DNA of 64,000 nt, taken from the NCBI RefSeq assembly GCF_009914755.1, contig NC_060930.1; one strand, written 5' to 3'. The stretch comes from the human T2T-CHM13v2.0 reference genome, Homo sapiens. The notes under the pieces are model-generated. The model made no database searches. It was not told the DNA's origin and was given only the letters and a program-made list of their open reading frames with translations. Made by a program: the position numbers and the translations under genes. Numbering within the stretch: position 1 is the stretch's first letter; each line of letters opens with the position of its first letter. This document shows, piece by piece, positions 45,518 to 59,474 of this stretch.

Positions 45518-46161
45518 TTCTTCATAAGGATATTGGTCCTTGCCGAGCAGCCACAATAACAGGAACACTTTCTAGGATTTCTCTAAATGATGATGAAGAA
45601 GAAAAGGGAACAAACCCTGAAGGGCTAAGCTATTCAACATTGCCTGGAAATGTCATTTCCAAAGTCATCATCCAGCAACCCACAGGTTTGCACATGCCCA
45701 TGAGTATGAATGAGCTTAGCAATCCATGTTTGAAAAAAGAAAATAGTGAATTGCGGAGAACTGTGTACTTATGTACGGATGATAATTTGAGAGGGGCTGA
45801 CATGGACATAGTCCATCCTCAAGAAAGAATGATGGAAAGTGACTATATTGTGATGCCCAGAAGTTCTGTAAATAACCAGCCTTCAATGAAAGAAGAAAGC
45901 AAAATGAATATTGGCATGGAAACCTTGCCACATGAAAGGCTATTGCACTACAAAGTAAACCCTGAATTCAATATGAATCCCCCTGTAATGGACCAGTTCA
46001 ATATGAACTTAGAGCAACATCTCGCACCCCAGGAACATATGCAGAATTTGCCCTTTGAACCTCGCACAGCTGTGAAGAATTTCATGGCCTCTGAGTTGGA
46101 TGATAATGCAGGACTATCAAGAAGTGAAACTGGATCAACGATATCAATGAGTTCTTTAGAG
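45518..46161 (+). CDS. ADGRB3: ADGRB3 exon, 644 nt, long intracellular tail
   Basis: ctcacag|TTCTTCAT...TTAGAG|gtgagc; (V)[30 protein letters not shown]...STISMSSLE; overlaps ORF 45640..46206; phase 1-0. Confidence 0.97.
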
Positions 46162-49100
46162 GTGAGCCACAGAAGATTAAATTTTTCCTTGATAGTTGAA
46201 ATATGAATAGATATAAATAGAGATATTGATTGATTGGTTGATTGATTGATGTGACACTGGTGTGGGAAGAGAAGATTCACATTAGCTTTTGCAGTTTTGT
46301 ATCATGAAAATTTCTGGCTATTGAGATTCAGTCTCAATGTAGGGTTTTCTCAGTAGTGTATTATCATCCCCTTATTCAAGATAATATTTGAAAAGGAACC
46401 CATTATATTTAAAAAGATACTAATCAGTCATAATTCTGTCATCATGGGAACTAAGTTAGGCACTCATAAAAAATAAAATAAAATAAATAAATAAATAAAT
46501 AACAGGATTCTTCTGATGTTTCTCAGGTACCACAGGTCCTTTTGGTGCACAGTGTCTACGTGGCATTACAAACTTAAACTGAGATCTGCACTTTCTGTGT
46601 AACAGCAACTGTTAAAAATTACAAAATTGGAATATTTCTCTAAATGTTTTACCATTATACTGATGAAAAACTAATTATTATTACAGTAGATCAATATTAT
46701 TCAGAGTAAATATTTTGCTCTTAACTTACAGAATAATGACCATTAAAATTTTGCATCTTAGACTGTGAATTGTCAGGAAGAATGTAATCTGAGCATACTA
46801 ACAGGATTCTGAGGTCCAACCACATGGCCTTTTTGTTTTCATAAGGCCACCAAAAGCAAAGAGTAAACTCGTCACTGCTTATACAGTGAAAAATAGCTGT
46901 AAACCTGTGGTTGACATATATATTCATATACGATGCAATACATGCATACTTTTATATGATTGCCACTTGTTTTAGTATAATAGATTATTACATAAAACAC
47001 TATCTACAGAAAGGCACTATAATTAGTTGCCTGCCCTTTCCAACCCAGTTATGCTGATAATTGTATGTTCAAGTGTCCAAAAGTTCCCAGAGGCAATTGT
47101 TTCATGCTTCTCCCCAAAGCCATTCCTTCCACTAGGTCAAAATGAAGAGGCATTCTGAGAGTCTTAAAAAATGCGATGAATAAGGTAATTTTCAGGGTTT
47201 TCCCAATTGATTGAGAAAATTCTAGACAATAAATGGTAATGTGAATAGAATCTAAGATAAGTCCCTAAGTTCTGGATCACCCTCAAACTGAGTAAGGCTT
47301 CTGAGGAAACTAGGTCAGAATCATTCTTCAGAACCAAAGGCATAGATAGGGCTTCATTAGAAGCCAAGTTCAACTCCAGGGTGACTGAAGCTCCCTTCTG
47401 AACAAAAGTATTTCATCCTCCTGAATTAGCAGAATAGCTGCAGTTTCTTTATTTGTAACTTGCATATCCCAGAGACTTCCAGGTTTGTAATAATGACCAC
47501 ATAAGAACAAACTACAAAATATTTATGCAAAAATCACAGAAGTTTTTAAAAGGATTTTCAGTAAGTGTGCATATAATAACATAACATTATAAGTAATCAT
47601 AATGACTATATGGAAGTTTTCTGTATAGTGTGGCTCTTTTAAATGTGTTAAAGGGGGTTGAATGGAACTGCATGAAAATATTTTGGTTGTTACAAAAATG
47701 TTTTACATCTAAAAGCCTGAAAATTTTGCTGGATTGATATTGTACAGGTTATCTGTGCTTGAACAATAGACTGTATTTCCAAGAACTTCTTTCTTCAGTT
47801 TGTAATTTTTCCAAATTTCCGTATCCTTATTATTAAGTGTATTATATATAACTGTGATTCAGCCAAAAGACCTGCATTTAAATGACTTAGAGATCACAAG
47901 ACTTACATCTTGAAAAGGAAGGAAATTTGGAATTCAGAATGAAAATTTGGTTCTTCATTTTCATTCTTTAAATGAATTTAATAGTAATTGCTTAGGGTGA
48001 CTATTTTATGAGATAGCAGAAAGAGAATATATAGATGTGGGAATGAATAATAAAAATTAGCATTTATATAGCATCTTTCATTAGCAGATCCTCAAATCAC
48101 TTTAAAAACAGGAATTAATCTTCACAACACCTCCATGCAAGGGATAAGTTGTTATAATCCTCAAACTAGAGTCATTTGTTCAAGGTTATAGAGCAAGTGC
48201 ATAGCAAATCTAGGAATAGAATCTTTCTGTCCTGATCAATTTTATGCCATCTAGAAGAGACAGTAATGAGCCTGAATATTAGCATGAAGGTAACTTTAAA
48301 GTTCTTTCTAATCCTTGATAGGCATTTGGTCTTATGATTAATAAAGACATGAAATGGGTAAAGCCCTTGTCCTTTAAGTGTGTACAACTAACACATTTTG
48401 GAAATGGGGCTGTGTTCATGAAGATAAAGTTTTTGGTCTGGCTTTCTTCTCGGGCAGCATGATGCATTGTCAAGTAGAATTATCAGCTCTGCTAGATTGC
48501 GTATGCAGGGTCAACTGGTGAGGGAGATGCTATTCTGACAATAATAAAGGAAAAGCAGAAAAATGACCTGAGTATCTACATAGAGAGTGGGATTAACAGT
48601 AGTCAGGAGGTGTTTTGAGTCTTAGAAGATAATGTTAAGGTGAAAATGGTAAATAATGTGGATCACATGAGGCCTAAGCAATAGGACAATTTAAGTCTTT
48701 TCTCCCTGTAAGTAAGAAGGAAGATTAAAGCCATAGAGAACATCCAGCCTGGGCAGCTGGCACAGCAGAGGATGGCCAAGATCCTCAGGATACTTTCAAG
48801 GATATAATATAAAGACGCTCACATTTTACCTCCAGAGGAGTCAGTTTTCACAAACTGCCAGCATGGAAAGTGCTGAAGGAAAAAACAGAAGAAGGTAAAC
48901 ACTGCCAGTTGTAGAATAGAATTTGATAGAAAGTGGAAAAGAGGAAAAACGAGAGTTGAGGGAGGAAAAAAGAAAGCCAAAAAGACTGGAGAGGGTGAGT
49001 GGGTGGAAGTATTTATTCAAATAAGCAAGAAGCAACAAAGAAAGAAGGAGGCTCCCCAACCCCGAAGTCAGTGCCAGCACAACAGCTTCCAGCCTTCATG

Positions 49101-49779
49101 GGAGTTTGTTCAGCTAACCACCAATTATTGGATATAAAAAGTTCAATAAATTCATGAAGTTTCTTGGCATAAAAACATATCTAGATTTTCTCTGAGCCTA
49201 ATAGTACCTTGTTTCTTTCCTTCTGGTGATATGTTCTCTTTCTAACTGTAGTCATTCCCAAATGAACTTGTTAAGCAATTCTGAAAACTTTAGATACAGA
49301 GCTGCCACTATTATGGAACAATTGCAATACTAATATACTAAGATTTTTCACAACAATGGCTCCAGCCCTAAATATCCTGTAACTGCTTTGCTTAAGGTTA
49401 AGAAGAATGATATTGTTGTCAGCACTTTAGTCATTTACCTTCAATTAATGAACAAAATGTGATGAGTGCATGGTGTATACATAGAGCAAAACAACAGCAA
49501 CAACAAAAAACATACTAAGATTTTGCTTTTGAGCAAGAGGGGACAAAAGAGATATCATGGTTCTCAAGCACTTGAGGACTATAAAATCTAATTTAAACCT
49601 TGGATTGTTCTTTATTTATTTCCTGAAAAATTATAGTTGTAACATTGTAGAGAGACAGGTCAGTGTTTGTTCTGAATCATTGAAACTCTGGTATTTACTT
49701 TAGCAGGTTGTAGAAGTTAGATTTAAATAGTAAGCATTTTTTCACTCAAGAGTCTTTCCAACTTATGTGCACATCTTGG

Positions 49780-50200
49780 ACATGTTTAGCACATGGTCCA
49801 TTCTTCACTCTTTTCCCTGTATCATTCAAGGTTAATTTAGGTTCTTGAGTCACTGGCTTTTGGCTGGGTTCTACCAACAGGAAGCACTGGTGAGAGAGTA
49901 GAGGTTGAGGAAAAGAGGGAAACCTGGGATCTTTCTCCCTTACTCTTTCTGCTTTTGGAAGCACCTTGTATGTCTGGTGTAGTTCCCACAGTGCTTCCAG
50001 TATATGCCAGGTGCTGCAACCTCTGGGCTTAAATCACTCTGCCCTCTCTTTGTATCTGTCCAGCCTAGGAGGTACACTGACCTCTTCTGCAAATCCCTGG
50101 GTTACTACATGGTCCCCTATGTGGCATCTCAGTTCTTCTATCATTTGAATTTTTGTGGACCATCTTGCTGAAATGTAAACACCTTAAGTGGTTTCTGTTG
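49780..50200. mobile_element. LTR33-like ERVL LTR remnant; boundaries approximate
   Basis: ctggcttttggctgggttctaccaacaggaagcactggtgagagagtagaggttgagg. Confidence 0.55.
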
Positions 50201-51484
50201 TTCTTGCCTTAATTTTTCTTATCAATAAAAAACTTAATAACTGATAACAGTTAGATAGTACATTACAAAATGCTTACCCAAAATAGAAGATTTTGTTGTT
50301 TTAGCTTGTCTATTTGTGTATAAGCTTACCTATATGTCTGAAACCAAATAAGTCTCTCTCAATTTGTAATGGCCAGAAAGGACACCATTCTAGGCTAAAT
50401 TTTTATACACCAGTTTTTCTCTGGACATGAATTATAGAGCTCTCAGCATAATGGTTTTTAAAGGTAAAATATTTTAGCAATAATATCACATTACAGGTGC
50501 CTCCCTTACAGCTGTTGTGAGGATCAAATTAGATAATGTACATGAAAAACCTTTGAAATTGTAAGAAGCACTTTAGATGTAAGATTATGTTATTATTATG
50601 TCATTACTGTAATGCCCTGAATTTCTGCAAAGAAATTTGAATGCTGAGTTAAATCGATATTCACAATATTAGAAAAAATGTTATGGCCTCACTCAGGAAC
50701 TGGGGCACTCTGTCACTAACAGAAACCATTATAAAATTGACCATGTGCAGAAACAACTTTTTCTTTTTTACATTTTTTTCTCTTTTACATTTTTTTTCTC
50801 ATGTAAGTCTGATGAAAGGAAAACTTGCCCTTTTTTACTGTTTTGCTTTTACTCCTGGATTACAGAATTTTGTCTCTCTTGCAGGCGTACAACAAAATTA
50901 GCTTGAATAAAAGTCATTTTTAAAAATTAATTATTCTCAGGTATCATTTCTGCAGCTATTTTTAGTGGATTTGCTACCAGAACTTTCTCCTTGCAAGTAG
51001 GTTTATTGGTCACTTTGTAATAGAAATTTTAATGGCATATTGCCATTCATTAGTCAGTGGAATTTATTACTTGCTGTGAATCTTCTAGTATCTTGTCCAG
51101 CTTAATTTGCAGTGACGAAAATAATGAAGTATTCCCTTTGAGAAATTATTCATCATTCTACAAGACTTAGATGTGGAGAAATGCCTCTATGCATACATTC
51201 ACTAAGTATTCCTTTGAGTAGCTTCATACTGTTGTACATTTTCTCACTTTTAAATCATCGTAAAGAATTTCTCCTTTCTATTAGTGATAGGCCTTCCTTC
51301 CTGCAAATTGTCTTGATTCTCTTAGCTGTCAGTTGACCTGTTCATAATGGTTTTCGTTGTGTGTTTAGTCTACCTGCTTAAACAAATTCTCTCAGAGTAT
51401 GCCCAAGCAAAGCAGCAACAACAAAACAAAAATAAAAAGTCACATTCTTTTGAACACTTTTGGCTGTTGTCGTGCAGCTCTTTT

Positions 51485-53580
51485 AATCATTTGCCAATAA
51501 TTTTGTGAATGTCTCCTATTGTGCCATGCCCTCTGCTAGATGCTGCGGATCTAAATGTAATCAAGATAGAAATGGATCTTGCCCCTGTGGAGAATACACC
51601 CTATGGCAGAGACAGACAACCATTAAACCAATGAATGAAATAGTGTGCAGTAATGGGTAATAACTATGGAATGAAAGGGAGAGATTTCTCTAGATAAGGT
51701 GGTCTGGGAAGCATCTGAAAGTGTCATTTATTGTAAGAAATAAAATTGAGAAGTAATGTGGCTTGCAAGGAGCTGAGGGAATTTTTCAGGCAAAAGAAAC
51801 TGTAAGTGCAGTGATCCTGAGGTAGAAAAGAGTTTTGGCATATTCTCATAAGATCACAATACCTGTGTAGCTAATGTTGAACTCCTTAAGATGAAGTTAA
51901 AATGCAAAGGAGAGACCAGACTTTGCAGAGTCTTGTAAAGCAATGGAAGCAAATGAGGACTGTTAAGCAAAAGATTGTCACAATGTGTCTTTATAGCAGC
52001 ATGATTTAGAGTTCTTTGGGTATATATCCGGTAATGGGATGGCTGGGTCAAATGGTATTTCTAGTTCTAGATCCCTGAGGAATCGCCACACTGACTTCCA
52101 CAATGGTTGAACTAGTTTACAGTCCCACCAACAGTGTAAAAGTGTTCCTATTTCTCCACATCCTCTCCAGCACCTGTTGTTTCCTGACTTTTTAATGATT
52201 GCCATTCTAACTGGTGTGAGATGGTATGTGATTGTGGTTTTGATTTGCATTTCTCTGATGGCCAGTGATGATGAGCATTTTTTCATGTGTTTTTTGGCTG
52301 CATAAATGTCTTCTTTTGAGAAGTGTCTGTTCATGACACATGCACACGTATGTTTATTGCGGCATTATTCACAATAGCAAAGACTTGGAACCAACCCAAA
52401 TGTCCAACAATGATAGACTGGATTAAGAAAATGTGGCACATATACACCATGGAATACTATGAGGCCATAAAAAATGATGAATTCATGTCCTTTGTAGGGA
52501 CATGGATGAAATTGGAAAGCATCATTCTCCGTAAACTATCGCAAGAACAAAAAACCAAACACCGCATATTCTCACTCATAGGTAGGAATTGAACAATGAG
52601 ATCACATGGACACAGGAAGGGGAATATCACACTCTGGGGACTGTGGTGGGGTGGGGGGAGGGGGGAGGGACAGCATTGGGAGATATACCTAATGCTAGAT
52701 GACGAGTTAATGGGTGCAGCGCACCAGCATGGCACATGTATACATATGTAACTAACCTGCACAATGTGCACATGTACCCTAAAACTTAAAGTATAATATT
52801 AAAAAAAAAGATTGTCACAATGATTTTTCCATCGATTCAACTATCCATCCGTCCATTCATCCATAACTTTGGTTGTTCAGAAAGCAAAGGATTAGAAGCC
52901 AGAGGTTTTAGGAGAGGAGATAGAACAGAAAGTTGGATAACAGTCAGAAAGCTGCTGAAGTAATCCAGACAAGAGATAACAGTTGCTTTGACTGTGCAGG
53001 TGAAAGTGGAGATAGAAAACAGTGGGCAGAACAAGACGTATTTCAGAGATAGAACAGACGGCACATGCTGGTGGATTGAATGTGGAAAACGAGGGACAGA
53101 AAGGAAGGAAGGGTGACTCCTGAGTCTCTCGCTTGACCAATTAGAAATCCAGCATTTTCTATCATGGGAAAGGCAGGAGGAATAAAAGATGTTTGGAACT
53201 TAAAAGATGGTATTCAAAATCATGGGAATGAATTATGGTATCCAGAAGAGAATAAGAGAAAGAAGAGAGCCCAGGAACTCAACATTTAGAAGGCAGGGAT
53301 ATGAGAGAGCCAACAAAGGGGACTTCAGCATAAGCTGCAGCAAGAAAGAGGGGGAAAAATAAGAAGACTGAGAGCTGATGAGTGTTTTCATGAGAAAATT
53401 ATTAACTTTCAAAAGCTTCTGAGTGTCCAATAAGATGGACAGAAAATTGACCTTGGAATTTGACCAGATGGAGCTCATCAGAGACTGTCAGCAAGAGGAA
53501 TTTTAATGGAGTATTGAGAATAGAATACAAGTTGAGATGAGTTCTAAGTGGGAAATTAAGAAGAGGAAACAGCATAGAAA
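51485..53580 (-). mobile_element. L2 (antisense), interrupted by the L1PA at 51986-52805
   Basis: tgaatgtctcctattgtgccatgccctctgctagatgctg... and gtaatccagacaagagataac...tggtggattgaatgtgg L2 phrases. Confidence 0.7.
51986..52805 (+). mobile_element. Young L1PA2/3-like insertion with 5' inversion (twin priming)
   Basis: Inverted ORF2 piece 51986-52335, sense 3' piece 52336-52805; 17-bp TSD AAAAGATTGTCACAATG at 51969-51985 and 52806-52822. Confidence 0.95.
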
Positions 53581-54068
53581 TTAGGAAGAGGAAAGAGCAT
53601 AGAAGGTTTCCATTACCTACTTTGAGAAAAAGGATTATTTACGTTAGGTTATTTGCAAAATTGGAATATATGTACAGAGGGATTTGTATCTTCATTAAAT
53701 ATTTCAATATCACCTATCCCTGGCTTATATTAAATTTACATGTAGCATTTTTAAAAGTTATCAGATTATCAGAAAAATTGTTATGGCTTGACCACTTTTC
53801 TCAGTTGGTTCTTAATTTAAAACATACATAACAATTTCCAATCACTTTCTTCTCTGGAATTAATATTTTAGAGAGCTCAGAAAGACATTTGAATAAACAT
53901 GCAAGTCAGTTAGGGTTTCAATAAACTTCAATACTTTGAAAGACTTTCCAATACACTGTATGTATACCAACGGTGGAAACAGACCAAAACTGAACAGAAT
54001 TGAATGTTCTTATTCTTTCTTTACACCATCAATTTCCCAATGCCCCATGCCCCTTTAAGATAAACTAA

Positions 54069-54412
<344 letters not shown>

Positions 54413-54709
54413 TTATTGTATCATTGCTTATAAATGATTGCACATTAGAATGATTTCTAAGTTATTTTACTCAACACAGATATTTTCTCAAATATGTAAA
54501 TATCAAATTGCTAGGTTTTTTTTCTCCTTCAAAATGCAATTGACAAGTAAAAGTTAACCTGCTTGACCTTGCTTTATGCTTAGAAAGTCAGACTTGGACT
54601 GACTGGCTCATCTATTGTTATTTTTGCTGAGTCTGGTAACAATTAGCAAAACATCACAGGCATTTTTACTGTAACATATCACTCCTGTATTACTGAGAAG
54701 ACAGCAAGA

Positions 54710-54915
54710 GATAGTAAATGAAATGCTGCGCTTGTAGTCAGAAGTCCTGAGTTTGAATCCCAACTCATTTGCTTACCACACAGGTGAAGTGGGCAAGTAA
54801 TTTTAACTCCACTGACCCTCAATTTTTCTTATTCATAAAATAAGGAAAATAAATAATATTTTATCCGACCATCCCACTGGTGGGTAGCATGTGCAAATGT
54901 GAAAGTGCTATATAA
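54710..54915 (+). mobile_element. MIR
   Basis: gtcagaagtcctgagtttgaatcccaactc...gggcaagtaattttaactcc. Confidence 0.7.
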
Positions 54916-57057
54916 ACAATAAAAGGTTGAAACACTTGGTCAGTATTGTGGAAACCTGAATAACTTTACACACATTTTTAACTCACTTGGACTGTAAAAA
55001 TCTGTCATTTTTTCCCACTCTCTAATTTTTAAGGCTTTACTGCTTTATTTTGCATCCACTCCAAATCCCACCACCATCTTTAGGTTCTTTTGATTAAAAT
55101 CTGTTTGTTTGATTTGTTCATTCCTTAGTCTAATCCTTCAAGACTGCCAGTTCTGCTATGCCTTATGTTAGAATTTAATTTTAATAAAATTAAATAGGAA
55201 TGAGATCTACTTGTATGAGTGTATCCATTTTCCTTCCATATTTCACATTGACATACCTGCTCTCAGAAACAGAATCTATCTCTGGTGATCTAGGTTCCTG
55301 TCTTTTGCTCTTGCTTCTAAATCTTTTTCACAAAATGTCACTATTTAATTTTCAAATAAAATGCAAAGCTCATGACTAATGTTTTATAATTATTGCTTAA
55401 AACTGTTTCCAGCCTTGAATTTTGCTGTATTAAGAAAGAATCTTGCTTAATGTATACTGACAAAAATGTCCTGCTTAGTCACAGTGCCAAGAAAGGTATC
55501 CAAGAGCAGAATGGAAGCCCTGACATTTAGTCTAGCATATTGCAGCAAAGTGTGGTGCAGTACACTGGAGCCTGGTTTTTACACAGCACAGTTAGATAAC
55601 AATAGTGGCGGGGAGATGGCAAAAGAGGGCTGGGCTCAATGCCTGGATGTCACCACGGCGAGGCTGAGGTGCTGTTGGAGACAAGAAGAAAGTGAGATCA
55701 ACCTGCTGAGTTTTTATTTAATAAAGCAGTCTCCTTTCAGCCCTCTCCTTGATTGTACTTGAAGACTGCATTTTCAGTCTTAAGCAGCTTCACTAAAATA
55801 AAATTATTTCAGGAATTTTTCACTTAAAACATGAAACCTTTCTTTCGGCATGTCCCCTTCTGTCTACTGAAACGTGGTTTGGGGATTAGGTATACAGTGA
55901 GGTTCTGATTCTGTAATGACAATTTTAACTGTAGCTGCAGAAATTTAATCATAGTTTTCAAGAAACTACATTAGTGCTTCTTTTCTGTCTCTCCTAATGT
56001 TCAAGAGTTAAAATGCAGACTAGAGTCTGCTACCTATCTTGGGTATGATTTCCTATTAAATTATTGAAGTTTGTAGGTGTTGGGATGGGAGCACGGGAAA
56101 AATAAAACAAAATTTTGCCCAAAGGTTTGTATATTTTTCCAACTGCCTGAATATTACATGCTTTAATTGTTTGTTAATTCTCCCTGTTTCATTCCCTCTC
56201 TCATCAAAAAATTCTAAATTTAAAAAATCTGTACTAAAAGTTTGCTAAGAATACTTTATACTAATATCATGAAAATCATATCACATGAAATATATTAATT
56301 TCATTGTAATCCTGTTTTCTGGTTGTATCAGTCCTCATTATTTTATTAATGCATTTTATCTGTAACTAGATTTCAGAAACTGTTTAACAAAGGTGGAGCC
56401 ACAGAGAAACACTGTGAGACATTTACACATACATCTACATTTTACTGGGGTGCGGAATAGTTTGTTTTGCTGAACTAGAACAAATACGTTAGTTCCTTAG
56501 GACTAGCAATGAGAAGGACTTTTCTGTCATGGAGGACTATCAAATTACAAGAAATATGTGGGTGAGACTTATGAAGAACTTTGGGACTTAGAGGACTGGT
56601 TAGAATTTGGTAGGAAGGAAAACTAGAAGTTGGTTGAAGATGTCGAGGTAACTAGACAGTTTTTCCTATACAACTTTTAATCCTGTTTGTCTGTAGCTTT
56701 GCTGTAGTAAGCCTAAAGTCTCTTTCAAGATTGAAATGTCTGTTTGAGTTTTCATAGGAACAATTTCTCCTTACTAAAAATTAGGGTTAAGAGGTCAAAA
56801 TGAGAAATATTCTGTATTTTTATATTCTCCAATTTTAAAAGAAGTTCAAAGTGAAAATAGAAAATTGTGAATGGAATATTTTGAAATCATAAAATTTTTC
56901 ATGATTCATGAAATTTTACATTTTTCCTTATGTGAAGGAAATATGTATAAAACAAGCAGGATTATCTTTAATGAAAATGATGATTTTTCATTTTGTTTGA
57001 ATGACTAAACATAACTTTATTGGTTTTTCTCCTTCTTTTTAAAAATATATCTTACAG

Positions 57058-57093
57058 AGAAGAAAATCACGATATTCAGACCTTGACTTTGAG
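57058..57093 (+). CDS. ADGRB3: ADGRB3 exon, 36 nt, N-terminal part of the ELMO-binding region
   Basis: cttacag|AGAAGAAAA...TTTGAG|gtaagt; RRKSRYSDLDFE; phase 0-0; branch-point-like TGACTAA at ~57002. Confidence 0.94.
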
Positions 57094-59474
57094 GTAAGTT
57101 TATATGAATTATTTTAGAATTGTAATTACTTGAATTCAAAATAGATATATAGTTACTTAAAAATTATTACTCTATGCAGCCATGTAAGGGTATTATGTAC
57201 TAATTTAATTAAATAAGTCAAACATTTTTAATTAAAGTTTATCCTGTATAGGATGAAATTTTTAAATTTTGAATTACTTCAAGTATTTGCTAAACTGAGA
57301 TTTTCTGGACAAGTGAGGAATTTGTTTTATACATACTACGATAAGTGAACAATTTATGTTAGGAGTTGAACCTGGTTGATTCAGTTTGTAGGGAGGGGGA
57401 ATGTCAGCTTCCTGATTTTTATATTTAAAGCAATTTTCTTGGTTTTACTTCAGTGACTGCCTGAAGAGATCCTGTGAGTATGCTTAGGCTGGTTAGCTAG
57501 GCTTTCTCTGAAAATTACTTGTTTCATGTTCTGATTCCTGCTATTTAGGTTCTCTGCGGTACATTTGATGCTTTTTTTTTCAGTAGAAACTATTGATTCA
57601 ATGTGCTCCTGTGTTTAGTAAATGCCTTTTCACAGATACAAACAAGATGAAAATTTTCATTTTCCAATTTACATTGAATTTATATTGATGCTGTAATATG
57701 TTTACTCGAAATTACTGAAATCATACCATCTGAGGAGGTTATGCTAAATACAAAATTAATGACGTTTAAGCACCACATAAAATGTACTTATGTGTATTGA
57801 TAATTGGATATGATTCATAGTCTGCTAACATAATTGGATATAATACATTATATATTTCTCCAGTATATTTGTACCTTTGTGATGCATACATAGAACTCAA
57901 TACTCTTAATTGATACTCCTAAAATTACAGAAGCCTCCCAGAACGTGCTAACTACTCCTAATTCAGTCGTTTCATTTATGTAGATCAATGTTCTAGCTCT
58001 ACAATGTACATCATGTGTCAAAACTAAGACTTGTTTTTATTTACTGCAATGGTCAACAATGGTTTTACCCTGAATGGAGTCCAAGGATAATTGGTTCTTT
58101 TCAGTAACATTTCAGACTACAAGATACAAAGTAATGATAAGGAATCTTTTATCTACGATTAAATAGCAAATTTTAATACTGATGCAGCCTCATTGTAGTA
58201 ACTTAGCATTGAATATATATTTAATTGTATCCAAAGTTTTTAGCATAAAAGTATCAAGAATATAAATCTGAATAGACAATATTCAGCAATCTTTGCCTTC
58301 AGATTTTTTAGTGCCTTTGAAGAACAGATATTTTATAGCTTTTTAATATTAATTCTTCAGGTAGCCAAAAATAGAGGATCAGACTGTATATATTCATGTC
58401 TAAAAGCAATAAATTGTTATGTTAGTATAAAGGAAAGGAGGAAGGAATTAACCCACTAGGCATCAGCGGCAAAATATAGTAAAAACCTAGAACTAAAATT
58501 AAGCCTCAATTAAACCAACCTAAGTTATGTAATCACAAACACTGAAAAGAAATCTAATCATACTGTGTCACTTGGAGCATTAGAAAAACTGTTCTTTTTT
58601 CATCTATTCTCTATGGCAACTGGTAGCAGATTCCTTAAGCTGATACTTACTTCTACGCTTATTATTCCACCCATAAAACCATGTTGTTAGTAAAACTTTT
58701 GCTGATAAATAAGAGAAATTGCAACACAAGAACCCCGGACATGTCTTTAGCTCTTTAATTGCTGTAATCACTGCATGATTACTACAGGTGTCAAAATTTG
58801 GTGGGGCAGGTGGGAACTTTGAGACATTACTTTTACTCTACAAATTGTTTAGAGCTATTTCCCTTAGTCTCATGTGCTATAACAGGTATGTGGCAGATAT
58901 TTCGTGGATTGAGTTTAGAAAACTTATTGCCAAGTATAAATGCGAATGAATTGTGATACAATCTATTTATATTTTGTGGGTGGTTCTTGAGGGAAAGTCC
59001 AAGTTGTCCCCCTCTTAATTCAGGCTAGCTTAATTAAATTTGTATCAAGCTCCCTGACACTCCTGCTCCGCCTGCAAGCTTTATCATATAATGGCCAGCT
59101 TAAATATTTTGCCACTGACAGACTGCTTCTTGGACTTCTTAAAACATCTTTGCTTCAGGCTTTAAGGCTAACACACTCCCCAGAGTCCACACACTATGAT
59201 AATATTCTGCCAACTCATATATCCCTAAAACTCTTGTGGCTAGTTAATGTCATACCAGGGGAATAGCCCTTTCATGTAGCCAGTCTCCAGAACAGCATTG
59301 CATTTCTGGATTCTTGCTTTCTGGAAAGTATACAGAAAATACTGTAGTGATATTCTTGTGTTCTGTAACCAAATGCCTTATTGAAATTGTATGCCCACCT
59401 CCAGAGATCCTAGTACCTAGTAAGCATTCAGTAATTTTTTTAAAAGAATGGTGAAAAATTGAATTATTTTTCCA

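Noticed and set aside
45625-45648. LSYSTLPG as a WAVE-complex-binding WIRS motif
   Set aside because: Lacks the required Phe after the Thr.
45948-46280. 110-aa antisense ORF over the 644-nt exon
   Set aside because: Antisense shadow of a coding exon; no recognisable protein or promoter.
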